From an uncultured candidate division Zixibacteria bacterium (GTDB lineage Bacteria; Zixibacteria; MSB-5A5; GN15; FEB-12): DNA of 64,000 nucleotides. This document shows positions 8,675 to 18,491 of this stretch, one piece after another; position 1 is the first letter of the stretch, and each line of letters begins with the position of its first letter. The notes under the pieces were generated by a model. The model was not told where the DNA came from and did not search any database. It saw nothing but the letters and a program-made list of their open reading frames with translations. The position numbers were made by a program, and so were the translations under genes. The stretch lies in contig OY760907.1 of NCBI GenBank assembly GCA_963664195.1, positions 1,280,001 to 1,344,000 of the forward strand, given 5' to 3'.

Positions 8675-10993
8675 TCACAACCGGTCAATCAACAGAATGG
8701 TCGTCAATACGCCGGTGGTCGTCGTCAACACGTTCGTAACTGTCCGGCCCAGATTCCGTTGCTGCTTCACCTTGGTAGGCACTACAATCACGTCGCCGAT
8801 ATCCACCCGCTGCCCCGGGGTCCCGCCACCGGAGAATACTTCCCCGTTAGCCTTGATCAGGCGCAAGCCCTTTTTGTCGGCCGCATCGGTGAAATCGCCG
8901 GCCCGTTTGACGTAATCCTTCACTTTCTTGCCTTCGACGAATCCAAGGGTCCCGTTGGCACCAACCGCGCCCAGGACAGATATTCCGCTCGGCCGTGCGG
9001 GTACGTGGATCCGGTCACCCGGCTGCAATACCACGTTACCGAATTCACCTTTGGTGGCCAGCAGCAGCTCCATATCCAGAACGATGCGGTTCATGGACTG
9101 TGCATCATAATCCAGTAGCAACGTCCGCGTGAAATTCCCGAGCGAATCCTGCACCATCGGATTGGATTTCTTGAGAAGGCTTGGTATCTGCAACGCTTCC
9201 AGCTTGTCACCTATCGACTTCCGCTCCAGAATAGTGCCCTGGGGGAAAGCCATGTTGGACAGGCCGCCCGATCGGACTATCAGATCGTAGAGCGTTTCAT
9301 CCTGTCCGGCCAATACGTACTCACCGGGGAACAGCAGTTCTCCCTCAAGCGTCACTGTGCGGTGCAACTGCCAGAGCGGAATCTGCCTGATGTACACCCT
9401 GTCGTTGTCCTGCAGCGTAAGCGGAGAAGAGTCACGTTTGCCGAGATCATAGTCCTGTAACGTGACCACGCCTCTCTTGTCGTATCGTGCGATCTCCGCA
9501 CGCAGAGTAAACGCGCCACGAGTAAATGAACCGGCCAGAAAAATGAGATCCTCCACGGTCATGCTGTCATACAGCGGGTACTCTCCCGGTCGCTTCACTT
9601 TGCCGTCAATGAACACCATCCTATTGCGAGTGACATCTGAGATCGAGTACACGTGAAGCGAGTCGCCGTCCTGGAGCAGAATATCCCGCAAGGGGTCCTG
9701 ACCGACATGTTCCAGATCAACCGCGATAACTTCTGTGCTCCAGTCAGCATGTCTGCGGAACAGATTCGCCCGCTTGACGTAAACATCGTACGGCTGCAGC
9801 TTGGCACGCTCAACAAGATCGGATATGTGAGTCGTTTCATTGCGTTCATAATAACCGGGATGCTGTACCAATCCGTACACAGCCACCATGTTTCGTTTGG
9901 CCTCGAAGACAGAGAACACCGTCAGGCGATCGCCGTCGTTCAGCTCCAGATTATCAACGCTGTCAGGCTTGGAGACATTCAATTGGAGATCCCGCACCTG
10001 CCATTCGTCGCGACCGGCAATACGTTCGAGCATTACTCGATCGAGGTAGGCGTCTGGTTCGGAGCCGCCGGCCAGGGCCAGCAGATTAAGAGCAGTCTGC
10101 CCGTCTTTCACTTCATATATGGCTGGCCGACGAATCTTTCCTTTGATCGCCACCCTCGGACCGGCTACCGGAACGAAGATCGCGTCACCGGACTGAAGAC
10201 GGACATCTGAAGAATTGTCCCCCTCCAGAAGAAACTTGTACAGATCCACTTCGGCCACCGGTTTGCCGTTGCGCATCAGCTTGATGTCGCGCATCGAGCC
10301 GTTTTCACTGGGACCACCGGCCAGGAACAGGGCGTTATACAGGGAAGTCAGCGAGGATACCGTGTAGGCCCCGGGGCGATCCACCTCACCGGTAAGATAC
10401 ACACGGATGGACCGTATTTTCCCAAGCGAGACGCTCAATCCAAACTCTGAGTAGATCGTCTCAAACCGTTTGCGAAGCTGCGCGCGGAACTCGCCGAGCG
10501 TCTTCCCCCACACGACCATCTCGCCGACTTTCGGTACGAACATCTTGCCTTCGCGGTCAATCGTCAACACCAACTCCCGCTCGACCTGACCCCATAAGGA
10601 GATAATCAGATTGTCGCCGGGACCCAAAATGTAATCCGGAGACGAGGCAATATCATTTGGGGGGTTGACCTCGCGAGGACCCGAGAACAACTCGGTGCCA
10701 AACGGCGCCAGGTCCTCAAAACCGAGCGGACCGGTCCTTTCGGACGCTGTCGGCCGACGGGTCTCATCGACCGGCACGGCCACGTTCACGCTGGAATCAT
10801 AGATCGCAGGTGTCTGAAAATCACCCGTACGAGCAGACGGAACCACTCCGCCGGCATACTTGGACAGTAGTTCTTTCTTCTCCGCCTCACTCATCCCGGA
10901 TAGAGATTCAAGGTCTTGAGCCGCTACCAAGCGAAACCAGTTCAGGCTGATAAGAACAATAACAATCAGAATCAGGATCAATCGCTTTGACAT
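8675..10993 (-). CDS. Polysaccharide export protein with multiple SLBB domains (KpsD/Wza-like)
   Basis: DYILGPGD, repeated GEVxRPGxY / LxxGD SLBB units, signal peptide. Confidence 0.9.
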   Translation of the reverse strand: MSKRLILILIVIVLISLNWFRLVAAQDLESLSGMSEAEKKELLSKYAGGVVPSARTGDFQTPAIYDSSVNVAVPVDETRRPTASERTGPLGFEDLAPFGTELFSGPREVNPPNDIASSPDYILGPGDNLIISLWGQVERELVLTIDREGKMFVPKVGEMVVWGKTLGEFRAQLRKRFETIYSEFGLSVSLGKIRSIRVYLTGEVDRPGAYTVSSLTSLYNALFLAGGPSENGSMRDIKLMRNGKPVAEVDLYKFLLEGDNSSDVRLQSGDAIFVPVAGPRVAIKGKIRRPAIYEVKDGQTALNLLALAGGSEPDAYLDRVMLERIAGRDEWQVRDLQLNVSKPDSVDNLELNDGDRLTVFSVFEAKRNMVAVYGLVQHPGYYERNETTHISDLVERAKLQPYDVYVKRANLFRRHADWSTEVIAVDLEHVGQDPLRDILLQDGDSLHVYSISDVTRNRMVFIDGKVKRPGEYPLYDSMTVEDLIFLAGSFTRGAFTLRAEIARYDKRGVVTLQDYDLGKRDSSPLTLQDNDRVYIRQIPLWQLHRTVTLEGELLFPGEYVLAGQDETLYDLIVRSGGLSNMAFPQGTILERKSIGDKLEALQIPSLLKKSNPMVQDSLGNFTRTLLLDYDAQSMNRIVLDMELLLATKGEFGNVVLQPGDRIHVPARPSGISVLGAVGANGTLGFVEGKKVKDYVKRAGDFTDAADKKGLRLIKANGEVFSGGGTPGQRVDIGDVIVVPTKVKQQRNLGRTVTNVLTTTTGVLTTILLIDRL

Positions 10994-11060
10994 TTTCACC
11001 TTCCTATGGCGAATGGCCATCTCTCACAAGGCCAGTTTTCAACCAATCACACCGGACTTA

Positions 11061-11077
11061 AGCAAGCCGAGTGCCAA
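11061..11077 (-). promoter_or_regulatory. Sigma54 (-24/-12) promoter
   Basis: TTGGCAC-TCGGC-TTGCT about 70 nt upstream of the export gene. Confidence 0.75.
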
Positions 11078-11444
11078 TTCTTCACGTCAACGCGTATCTT
11101 ATTGTCTTACTGCTAGTTATCTGTGCGATCCCGGGCCGCACACCTCCCCCTTGGCGGCCTTGCGCGAGAAAGGGCTTCCTTCTCGACAGGAATTGTTTTC
11201 CCTGTAACACCGCTCGCGTGGAATTTGTTGTCAACAATTGATAGTTGTGTGGCGTGAACCGGGGACGGGTCGTTAACTCGTTTCCCGGCAGCCTGTTCGA
11301 GTTTTGCGGAGTTTTTTTCGGCGCGTGGGGACCCGGGGACGATACCGCAAGTGAATGATCTTACGAGGGTAAAGGCTCTTTCTAACTGCTGTTATTTCAG
11401 GGGCTTATTGCGCCTGGGCCCTCTCAAAAAACAACGCCGTTTAC

Positions 11445-11473
11445 TTGACAACGCCTGGCAGTTGTTGTAACTT
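11445..11473 (+). promoter_or_regulatory. Sigma70-type promoter
   Basis: TTGACA-17nt-TAACTT upstream of FadL-like gene. Confidence 0.55.
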
Positions 11474-11636
11474 GCCAACCGATTTTTTGGATGAAGTGTG
11501 TGTGACAAACGTCAGTAAATATGAGAACTCGTGTGAAGGCCTGAGGACCCTCGGGCTTGTGTTGTTACAGACGTTTTTTGGACTTCGTTAGGTTGGGATA
11601 AAAGAATTCTTATCATAAGTAGAGATGGAGAATAGG

Positions 11637-13160
11637 ATGCGGAATGTAAGGCTTGCCACCTGTATTCTCCTGGCGCTTGCGCTGTGCAGTCCTGCGTTGT
11701 TTGCAAGTGGCTTTGAGAACTCAGGTCTCGGCACAACCGCCATGGGTATGGGTGGTGCGTTTCGGGCAGTCGCCAACGACTGGACCGCGGCATACTACAA
11801 CCCGGCCGGTTATGCTTTTGTACTGGATAATCAACTCGGTGCTAATCTCGGGCTGATGCACTACCGCGATGAAATCACGCCGGACTATGTTGCCCGTGAT
11901 GATTACGATAACGAATACGGCTGGGGAATAGTCAACGGACAGACTATCTATAATTTCCACCGGATTCTCAACAATCCGTCGGGCGGCTTTCTCGTCCGGA
12001 TGCCTTTCTGGGGCGAAACAGTGTTTGGCCTCTCGGCCTACCAACCCTTCGATCGCAGCATCGCCTGGAGATTGTACGATCCGGATGCGGCCAATTTCCG
12101 CTCGTACAACAGCGAGGCGGCCGACCTGATGCCGAAAGATCATTACAAGAATGACCTTGATGTCGTTGCGTTCCAGCTCAGCATGGCACGCGAGTTCAAT
12201 GACGGCAAACTGGCCCTCGGTATCGGCCTTCAGGTCCTCCGCGGAGATCTCTGGTACTCGAACCTGTACCTTCGTCAGAACCCGAGAACCGAACCGTCGG
12301 CCACCGGACTGGATCTCGATGGTCGTCCGTATGACCGCATTCCCGAGTTCACCAAGAACGTGGGGCGCGGTTGGGGCTTCGGCGTCCGTGCCGGTATGCT
12401 ATGGAAAGCTACGGAGAAACTCAACGTTGCTCTGACCGCTTACCTGCCGTTTGACATGACGATCAAAGGTGAGACGTACTACACGTTCATTATGCCGGAA
12501 CACCAGTCGCAGGGAATCGACCTCGCAAACGAGACTAATGAGGACAGGAAGTTCATGGAAGGCGGTTCGCGCCAGTTGGTGTCGGATTTCGAAGTCGACC
12601 TGCAGTTGCCAGCCTCATTCGGAGTCGGATTCGCTTATAGGCCGATGGAAAAGCTGACCGTGTCGCTCGACGCTGAGTACACGCTCTGGTCCAAGTTTAA
12701 GGGATTCGAATTCCTCTACTCCAATCATTCCGGTGTTCCGTATTACAAGGACGCAACTACTCTTGAGGTGATCAAGATAGAAGAGGAATGGTTCACGGCC
12801 GACCTTTCCAATCCCGTTGAATGGGATAACGCCGGCAAGGTCATGCTCGGCCTCCTGTACGACGCCAGCGAGACGATCACGCTGCTGGGCGGTGCCTCCA
12901 TGGATCAGTCGCCGGCCCGCAACTCCAGCGAATGGACACCGCAGCTTATCGATACCGGCAACAAGTTCGGTATCAACGGCGGTACCATCTTTCATATCAA
13001 CCGCTGGGATGTCGGTATTGTAACGAGTTACTACAGCCAGCCCGATGAAACGGTTGCGGAGCTCACAGACTTGAACAACGACGGCCTGTACGATAACGTC
13101 CCGGGTGATTACTCGGCCAGTTATTACGAAACTGTGCTGTCGTTTGGCTACCGGTTTTAG
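11637..13160 (+). CDS. OmpP1/FadL/TodX family outer-membrane transporter
   Basis: SGF..GMGGAFRAVANDWTAAYYNPAG hatch motif; C-terminal GYRF. Confidence 0.88.
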   Translation: MRNVRLATCILLALALCSPALFASGFENSGLGTTAMGMGGAFRAVANDWTAAYYNPAGYAFVLDNQLGANLGLMHYRDEITPDYVARDDYDNEYGWGIVNGQTIYNFHRILNNPSGGFLVRMPFWGETVFGLSAYQPFDRSIAWRLYDPDAANFRSYNSEAADLMPKDHYKNDLDVVAFQLSMAREFNDGKLALGIGLQVLRGDLWYSNLYLRQNPRTEPSATGLDLDGRPYDRIPEFTKNVGRGWGFGVRAGMLWKATEKLNVALTAYLPFDMTIKGETYYTFIMPEHQSQGIDLANETNEDRKFMEGGSRQLVSDFEVDLQLPASFGVGFAYRPMEKLTVSLDAEYTLWSKFKGFEFLYSNHSGVPYYKDATTLEVIKIEEEWFTADLSNPVEWDNAGKVMLGLLYDASETITLLGGASMDQSPARNSSEWTPQLIDTGNKFGINGGTIFHINRWDVGIVTSYYSQPDETVAELTDLNNDGLYDNVPGDYSASYYETVLSFGYRF

Positions 13161-13171
13161 GAGGGCGAGTC

Positions 13172-14446
13172 ATGAAAAATACTTTTATACTGATTATACT
13201 GGCAATCGCCCTGATTGCTATGCTTGGCTGTGACGATCGCGGCACCGGCATTGAGAAGAATCCTCTGGGACAGATCAACTCAGGCATCGACGCCAATACC
13301 GACCACGTTTGGCATCCGCAACTCGGCTTCCAGTTGAGAAACCCGGAAGAACGATTCTTCGCCTCGGCCTTCATACCGGCAGAAGCATTCGCCGACCCCC
13401 CGCGACCAATACCGCTTCTGGTACTCTTGGCTCCAGAATACGGTGATCGACTTCATTTCTTCCGCGCCGGCCTCGAAGACATGGTCAGGGAAATGACGGC
13501 CTCCGGCGAAATCCAGCCGATGCTCATCTATTGCATGGCCGGCAACCGGACATTCGGCGGCTTCTTCTACGGCAACAGTGCCCCGGCGGGATTTTACGAT
13601 GACATTCTGTGCGATTCTCTGATCGACTTCCTGCAAAACGACCAGTACTTCGCGCTTGTTGATAACCCGTCCAAACGCGGTATTGGCGGCGTTGGACAGG
13701 GTGCTTACGGCGCCTTCCGTACCGTTTTGAAAAACCCCGGTCTGTTCTCTTCGATTTCCGTGGCCGACGGCCCCCTTGATTTCGACGGCCCGAACGGCAA
13801 CGACGGTTTGCAGCAACTGTTCCAGACTTGTCTGGACGAACAGCACGCATACTATGCCGCCACGGGTGATACTAGCCCCTTCGATTTCCATACCGATTTC
13901 GACAGCTCACTCACAATGCCGGTTTCACAGATGTTCATTGGCGGCGCCCTGGCATTCTCGCCGAACGACACCACTGTGTTTTTCGACCCTTACGTCAGCG
14001 TACTGGATCTGGCTATCGATTCGTCCTACCGGATCGCCGACGACGACTTGCCGGGCGGCGGCGATTCTACAACACTGGTTACGAGAATCGTCAACAACGC
14101 CAACCCGAGCCTGAACTTCGATTTCCACATGCCGTTCGACGCCGATGGTAACGTCTATCAGCCGATCTGGGATTTGTGGATGAGAAACAACCTGGAAGAC
14201 ATTCATACGGCTGTGGGAGGCACACCGCTCGCGGACATGAATATCTGGGTAGCTTCCAACCCAAACGCAAAATGGAATTACCATGAGCAGACCCAATCCT
14301 GGGTGACCTTCATGGTGAATCAGGGTTACTCGGTTGAAGAGTACGATTATTCGAGCTTCAATGACGACCCGATTACCGAAGATGAGTACTTGTACGACAT
14401 TCTCCGGGAGATGTTGATTTTCCACTCGGAGAACTTCGGCAACTAA
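13172..14446 (+). CDS. Alpha/beta-hydrolase (esterase-like) fold lipoprotein lacking the catalytic Ser
   Basis: Lipobox MLGC; PLLVLL, GGFFYGNS, RGIGGVGQGAYGA, PGLFSSIS. Confidence 0.7.
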   Translation: MKNTFILIILAIALIAMLGCDDRGTGIEKNPLGQINSGIDANTDHVWHPQLGFQLRNPEERFFASAFIPAEAFADPPRPIPLLVLLAPEYGDRLHFFRAGLEDMVREMTASGEIQPMLIYCMAGNRTFGGFFYGNSAPAGFYDDILCDSLIDFLQNDQYFALVDNPSKRGIGGVGQGAYGAFRTVLKNPGLFSSISVADGPLDFDGPNGNDGLQQLFQTCLDEQHAYYAATGDTSPFDFHTDFDSSLTMPVSQMFIGGALAFSPNDTTVFFDPYVSVLDLAIDSSYRIADDDLPGGGDSTTLVTRIVNNANPSLNFDFHMPFDADGNVYQPIWDLWMRNNLEDIHTAVGGTPLADMNIWVASNPNAKWNYHEQTQSWVTFMVNQGYSVEEYDYSSFNDDPITEDEYLYDILREMLIFHSENFGN

Positions 14447-14466
14447 TCGCGCGTTATAAGACTGTG

Positions 14467-14500
14467 AAGCCCGGAGGAGTTTCTCTTCCGGGCTTTTTTT
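14467..14500 (+). terminator. Rho-independent terminator
   Basis: AAGCCCGGAGGAG-TTT-CTCTTCCGGGCTTTTTTT. Confidence 0.85.
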
Positions 14501-14521
14501 GAATCAAAAAGCGAAGGACCT

Positions 14522-15244
14522 ATGGACAACGACCAGCAGTACGACCTGATCTCGATTGGCGCCCACCCAGACGATGTCGAAGTTGGCACCGGCGGCGTGC
14601 TAATCGATCTAAAAGAACGCGGCTATCGCTGCGGCATAGTCATCCTTACCCAGGGCGAGATGGGCACCGGCGGCACCCCGGAGATTCGAGCGAGGGAAGT
14701 CAGAAACGCCGCCGACATCCTTGGCGCAGATATCCTCGCCCATTTTGACTGGGGTGACACCCGTCTCGAAGACAGCTACGACAGACGCCTGGCGATCGCC
14801 GAGGTGATTCGCAAGGCGCGTCCGCGGATCATCCTCGCGCCGTACCCCCATGTCGGCCACGGGCGACGGCAGTCTCATCCGGACCATGTTGCCTCCGGAG
14901 TAATCGCCATCAATGCCGCCAATCTCGCGGCTCTCAAGAAAGTTGATCTCCCCGGTGATCCCCATCTCGTGACCCGGATTTTCAACTACTTCCTCCCGCC
15001 CGGCGTCCAGCCGAATTTCATCGTTGATATCTCTGCACATTACGAGGGCTGGGTCAAAGCGCTGTCGGCACATCAATCACAATTCCTCAATCCGGAGAAG
15101 TCCAAGGACTATATCGAGCACCTGACTGCCATGGCGCGGTCATTCGGCATTCAGGCCCGATGCAAGTACGGACAGGGATTCCATGCTGTCGAGCCGGTTC
15201 TGGTCGGGGATATTATGACACTGGCGGAGCATGATCTTCACTGA
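14522..15244 (+). CDS. bshB1: PIG-L family deacetylase, BshB1-like
   Basis: GAHPDDVE, LTQGEMGT, HPDH, AHQSQF. Confidence 0.75.
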   Translation: MDNDQQYDLISIGAHPDDVEVGTGGVLIDLKERGYRCGIVILTQGEMGTGGTPEIRAREVRNAADILGADILAHFDWGDTRLEDSYDRRLAIAEVIRKARPRIILAPYPHVGHGRRQSHPDHVASGVIAINAANLAALKKVDLPGDPHLVTRIFNYFLPPGVQPNFIVDISAHYEGWVKALSAHQSQFLNPEKSKDYIEHLTAMARSFGIQARCKYGQGFHAVEPVLVGDIMTLAEHDLH

Positions 15245-15300
15245 GTGAAGTCAGCCCCGCCAGATGCGAGTCATATCCTGTCGTACGATAGCGTACTATT

Positions 15301-16461
15301 CTATCGAATAGCGTCGAATGCCTGCTTCAGGTCGGCAACCAGATCATCCGGGTGTTCGATCCCAACCGACAATCTGACCAACTGATCACGGACACCGTGT
15401 GCTTCGCGGATATCCTTCGGAATCGAGGCATGCGTCATACAGGCCGGGTGATTGATTAACGATTCCACCCCGCCAAGAGATTCTGCCAACACAAAAACCT
15501 TTGTCGAACAGGCGAACTTCTTGACCAGATCAAGGTCCCCCTTCAACTCAAACGACACCATTCCGCCCGGAAGCTTCATTCCGTTGGGCAACGGCTTGCC
15601 GTCGTGTCCGGGGAACATAATTCGCTCAACGAGTTCTTCCCCGGCAAGATAATCCACTACCGCCTGAGCGTTACTGGCATGGCGTTCCATTCTAAGATGC
15701 AGCGTTTTCATGCCGCGAAGCACCAGCCAGGAGTCAAACGGGCCGAGCACCGCTCCGACCGCATACTGGTTGAACCTGATCTTCTCGGCCAGGTCGGCGT
15801 CCTTGACCACCAACGCGCCGCCTATGACGTCACAATGTCCGCCCAGATACTTTGAGGCGGAGTGATGAACAATATCCGCACCCAGAGATAACGGCTGCTG
15901 GATGTACGGCGAGGCAAAGGTGTTATCTACGGCCACGAGGATATTGCGCTTTTTGGCAATTTTCACAATCGCTTCGATATCAGCCAACCTCAGCAACGGA
16001 TTGCTGGGTGTCTCGATCCAATACAGTTTTGTGTTCGCTTTGGTGGCGTTCTCGAAATTGGCCGGGTCGCGGCTGTCGACATAATCAAATTCCACGTTGA
16101 AATGCGATTTCTTGGTGTTCTCGAACAAACGGTGGCAGCCGCCGTACAGATCGCTGACTGCAACCACGTGATCGCCGGAATTGAGCAGGTTCAGCACCGC
16201 GTCCACAGCCGCCAGTCCGGAGGAGAAGAAACAGGCTTGAGTGCCGCCCTCAAGCGTTGCCAGACCCTTCTCAAGCGCGACGCGGGTCGGATTGGACCAG
16301 CGCGAGTAGACATGACCGGAATCATCCCCCGGCTCGGAGACGCGATAGGTAGTGCTGGGATAAATCGGAGTCGTTATTGAGTTGGCATCATCCTCCGGCA
16401 CCTGCCCGGAATGAATCGCCCTCGTCTCGAATCGTTTGTTTTTGAGTTCGTCGTCGTGCAT
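15301..16461 (-). CDS. Cystathionine gamma-lyase/synthase (Cys/Met metabolism PLP enzyme)
   Basis: YSRWSNPT, VDNTFASP, HSASKYLGGH, LAESLGGVESL. Confidence 0.93.
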   Translation of the reverse strand: MHDDELKNKRFETRAIHSGQVPEDDANSITTPIYPSTTYRVSEPGDDSGHVYSRWSNPTRVALEKGLATLEGGTQACFFSSGLAAVDAVLNLLNSGDHVVAVSDLYGGCHRLFENTKKSHFNVEFDYVDSRDPANFENATKANTKLYWIETPSNPLLRLADIEAIVKIAKKRNILVAVDNTFASPYIQQPLSLGADIVHHSASKYLGGHCDVIGGALVVKDADLAEKIRFNQYAVGAVLGPFDSWLVLRGMKTLHLRMERHASNAQAVVDYLAGEELVERIMFPGHDGKPLPNGMKLPGGMVSFELKGDLDLVKKFACSTKVFVLAESLGGVESLINHPACMTHASIPKDIREAHGVRDQLVRLSVGIEHPDDLVADLKQAFDAIR

Positions 16462-16469
16462 GGTTGTTC

Positions 16470-17471
16470 CTATTTCAAGAAGCCCTTTTCCCGCATCCAG
16501 TCATCGTTGAAAACCTTGGACATGTACTTCAAACCGCCGTCCGGCAGAATCGCCACGACTACTTTGTCTTCGTCGAGGTCTTTGGCATACCGAAGTGCCG
16601 CCGAAACCGCGCCGCCGGATGAGCCACCGCCGAAAATGCCCTCTTTTTGCGTAAGCTCACGCGTGTATTTGAAACACTCCTCGTCGGATACCTGGATAAC
16701 TGTATCTATTACCGAGAGATCAATCGACGGACACAACAGGTCATCGCCGATCCCTTCCACCAGGTACGTGTGCGGTTCGATCTCGGTTCCATCTTTATGG
16801 AAATTGTAGTACACGGAGCCTTCCGGGTCCACCCCGACTATCTCAATCTCTGGATCCTTCTCTTTGAGAAACCGCGCCATTCCAGAGATTGTCCCCCCGG
16901 TGCCGATTCCACCAACCAGGGCGTGAAGCTTTCCGCCCGTCTGCTCCCACAACTCCGGGCCGGTAGTAGTGTAGTGCGCCTCGATATTGTTGGCGTTGAA
17001 GTACTGCCCCACCCAGTACGAGCCGGGATGTTCACGATGAAGTCGTTTGCCGGTCTCGTAGTAGCTGCTCGGATCCTCCGGCGGAACTGCGGTCGGACAT
17101 ATATGCACCTCGGCGCCGAAGGCCTTAAGCGTGTCAACCTTCTCGTTCGACATCTTGTCCGGGATCGTGAGAATGGCCTTGTACCCGTGAGCCGCGGCAA
17201 ACATTGCCACCGCCGCCCCCGTGTTTCCGGAAGTCGCCTCGACAATCGTCGCCCCCGGCTTGAGTTCGCCGCTCTTCTCAGCCTGCTTGAGAATATACAC
17301 CGCCATGCGGTCCTTGACCGAACCGGTCGGATTCATGAATTCCGGCTTGACCAGAATTGTCGCCTTGACACCATGCTCTCTCGGGAGCGTCTGGAGTTTC
17401 ACCAGAGGGATATCTCCCACGGCGTCCGTGATATCGTCGAGATAGAACTTGTCGCTGTTGTTGCTTGCCAT
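16470..17471 (-). CDS. Cystathionine beta-synthase/cysteine synthase family protein
   Basis: NPTGSVKDR, EATSGNTG, GIGTGGT, YLVEGIG, YMSKVFNDDWM; ATG at 17471. Confidence 0.92.
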   Translation of the reverse strand: MASNNSDKFYLDDITDAVGDIPLVKLQTLPREHGVKATILVKPEFMNPTGSVKDRMAVYILKQAEKSGELKPGATIVEATSGNTGAAVAMFAAAHGYKAILTIPDKMSNEKVDTLKAFGAEVHICPTAVPPEDPSSYYETGKRLHREHPGSYWVGQYFNANNIEAHYTTTGPELWEQTGGKLHALVGGIGTGGTISGMARFLKEKDPEIEIVGVDPEGSVYYNFHKDGTEIEPHTYLVEGIGDDLLCPSIDLSVIDTVIQVSDEECFKYTRELTQKEGIFGGGSSGGAVSAALRYAKDLDEDKVVVAILPDGGLKYMSKVFNDDWMREKGFLK

Positions 17472-17794
17472 TTTTTGCTTCCAATATCGCTTTGTTTGCC
17501 CGCCCTCCGGCGGACGACTCGGAATGTACTCTCCTTTACAACAGGCAGTTACGCCCGTCGTTCCAAGGGGGGGGCCAAACCGCACGTATCTGTCAGGATA
17601 CATGGTAGCTCGTAAGGCCAAAAAGTCAAGCCATCGCAGGCGGATTTATTGGAGGGTTACATCTTTGATATGCGGCTCAAAAAAACATTTGACAAGAGAT
17701 TTGGCGGCCCGTAAACATACTGTGCGTGAAGAAACGGCGGACAGAAGGTCGCGGCCGTTGCTGACAACAGACAAAGAGCTAGACGAGGGTTAAT

Positions 17795-17965
17795 ATGCTT
17801 TGCACGCAGTGCGGTGACGAAATCATCGGGCGCCCGGTCAGACAGGGAGAGGACCTGTTCTGCTCGCTGGAGTGCGCCAATCTTTTCTCCGGGGTGTTCA
17901 CCGAAGAGGACGATGGATACTACGAAGAAACCTCGCTCGATGAATACTTCGAGGAAGATGAATAG
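17795..17965 (+). CDS. 56-aa Cys4 metal-binding microprotein with acidic tail (TRASH/zinc-finger-like)
   Basis: MLCTQCGDEIIGRPVRQGEDLFCSLECANLFSGVFTEEDDGYYEETSLDEYFEEDE; GAGG RBS; TTGACA at 17689. Confidence 0.75.
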   Translation: MLCTQCGDEIIGRPVRQGEDLFCSLECANLFSGVFTEEDDGYYEETSLDEYFEEDE

Positions 17966-17993
17966 GATTGTTGAATAACCCGGGATCGCTGGA

Positions 17994-18473
17994 CTAATCC
18001 CGGGAAATCTTCAGAATCTCATACTTCAAAATACCCACCGGTATCTTGATCTCGGCTACTTCGCCAACCCCCTTGCCGAGAAGACCGGCGCCTATCGGCG
18101 ATTTGATTGAAATGATGTCGTTGTCAACATCTGCCTCATCAGCCGGAGCGACGGTGTATTCTATTTCTTCACCGCGATCCAGATCTTTGACCAGCACTTT
18201 GGCGTACAGGTAGACCTTGTCGGTCGGAATCTGGTCGGTGTCAATTATCCGAACCCGAGACAGCTTCTCTTCCAACTCGGCGATTTTTCTCTCAATGTGA
18301 GTCTGGGCTTCTTTGGCTGCGTGGTACTCGGCGTTCTCGGAAAGGTCTCCCATCTCCATAGCTCGCTTTATTTCTGCCACGATTGCCGGGCGATCGGTGT
18401 ACTTGCGCTTGTGAAGATCCTGCTCAAGCTTCACGCGCCCCTCTTTGGACATATAGATAGGTTCTTGATTCAT
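17994..18473 (-). CDS. greA: Transcription elongation factor GreA
   Basis: GDLSENAEYHAAKE, ISIKSPIGAGLLGK. Confidence 0.96.
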   Translation of the reverse strand: MNQEPIYMSKEGRVKLEQDLHKRKYTDRPAIVAEIKRAMEMGDLSENAEYHAAKEAQTHIERKIAELEEKLSRVRIIDTDQIPTDKVYLYAKVLVKDLDRGEEIEYTVAPADEADVDNDIISIKSPIGAGLLGKGVGEVAEIKIPVGILKYEILKISRD

Positions 18474-18491
18474 GTGGCCCAATATAGTCGT

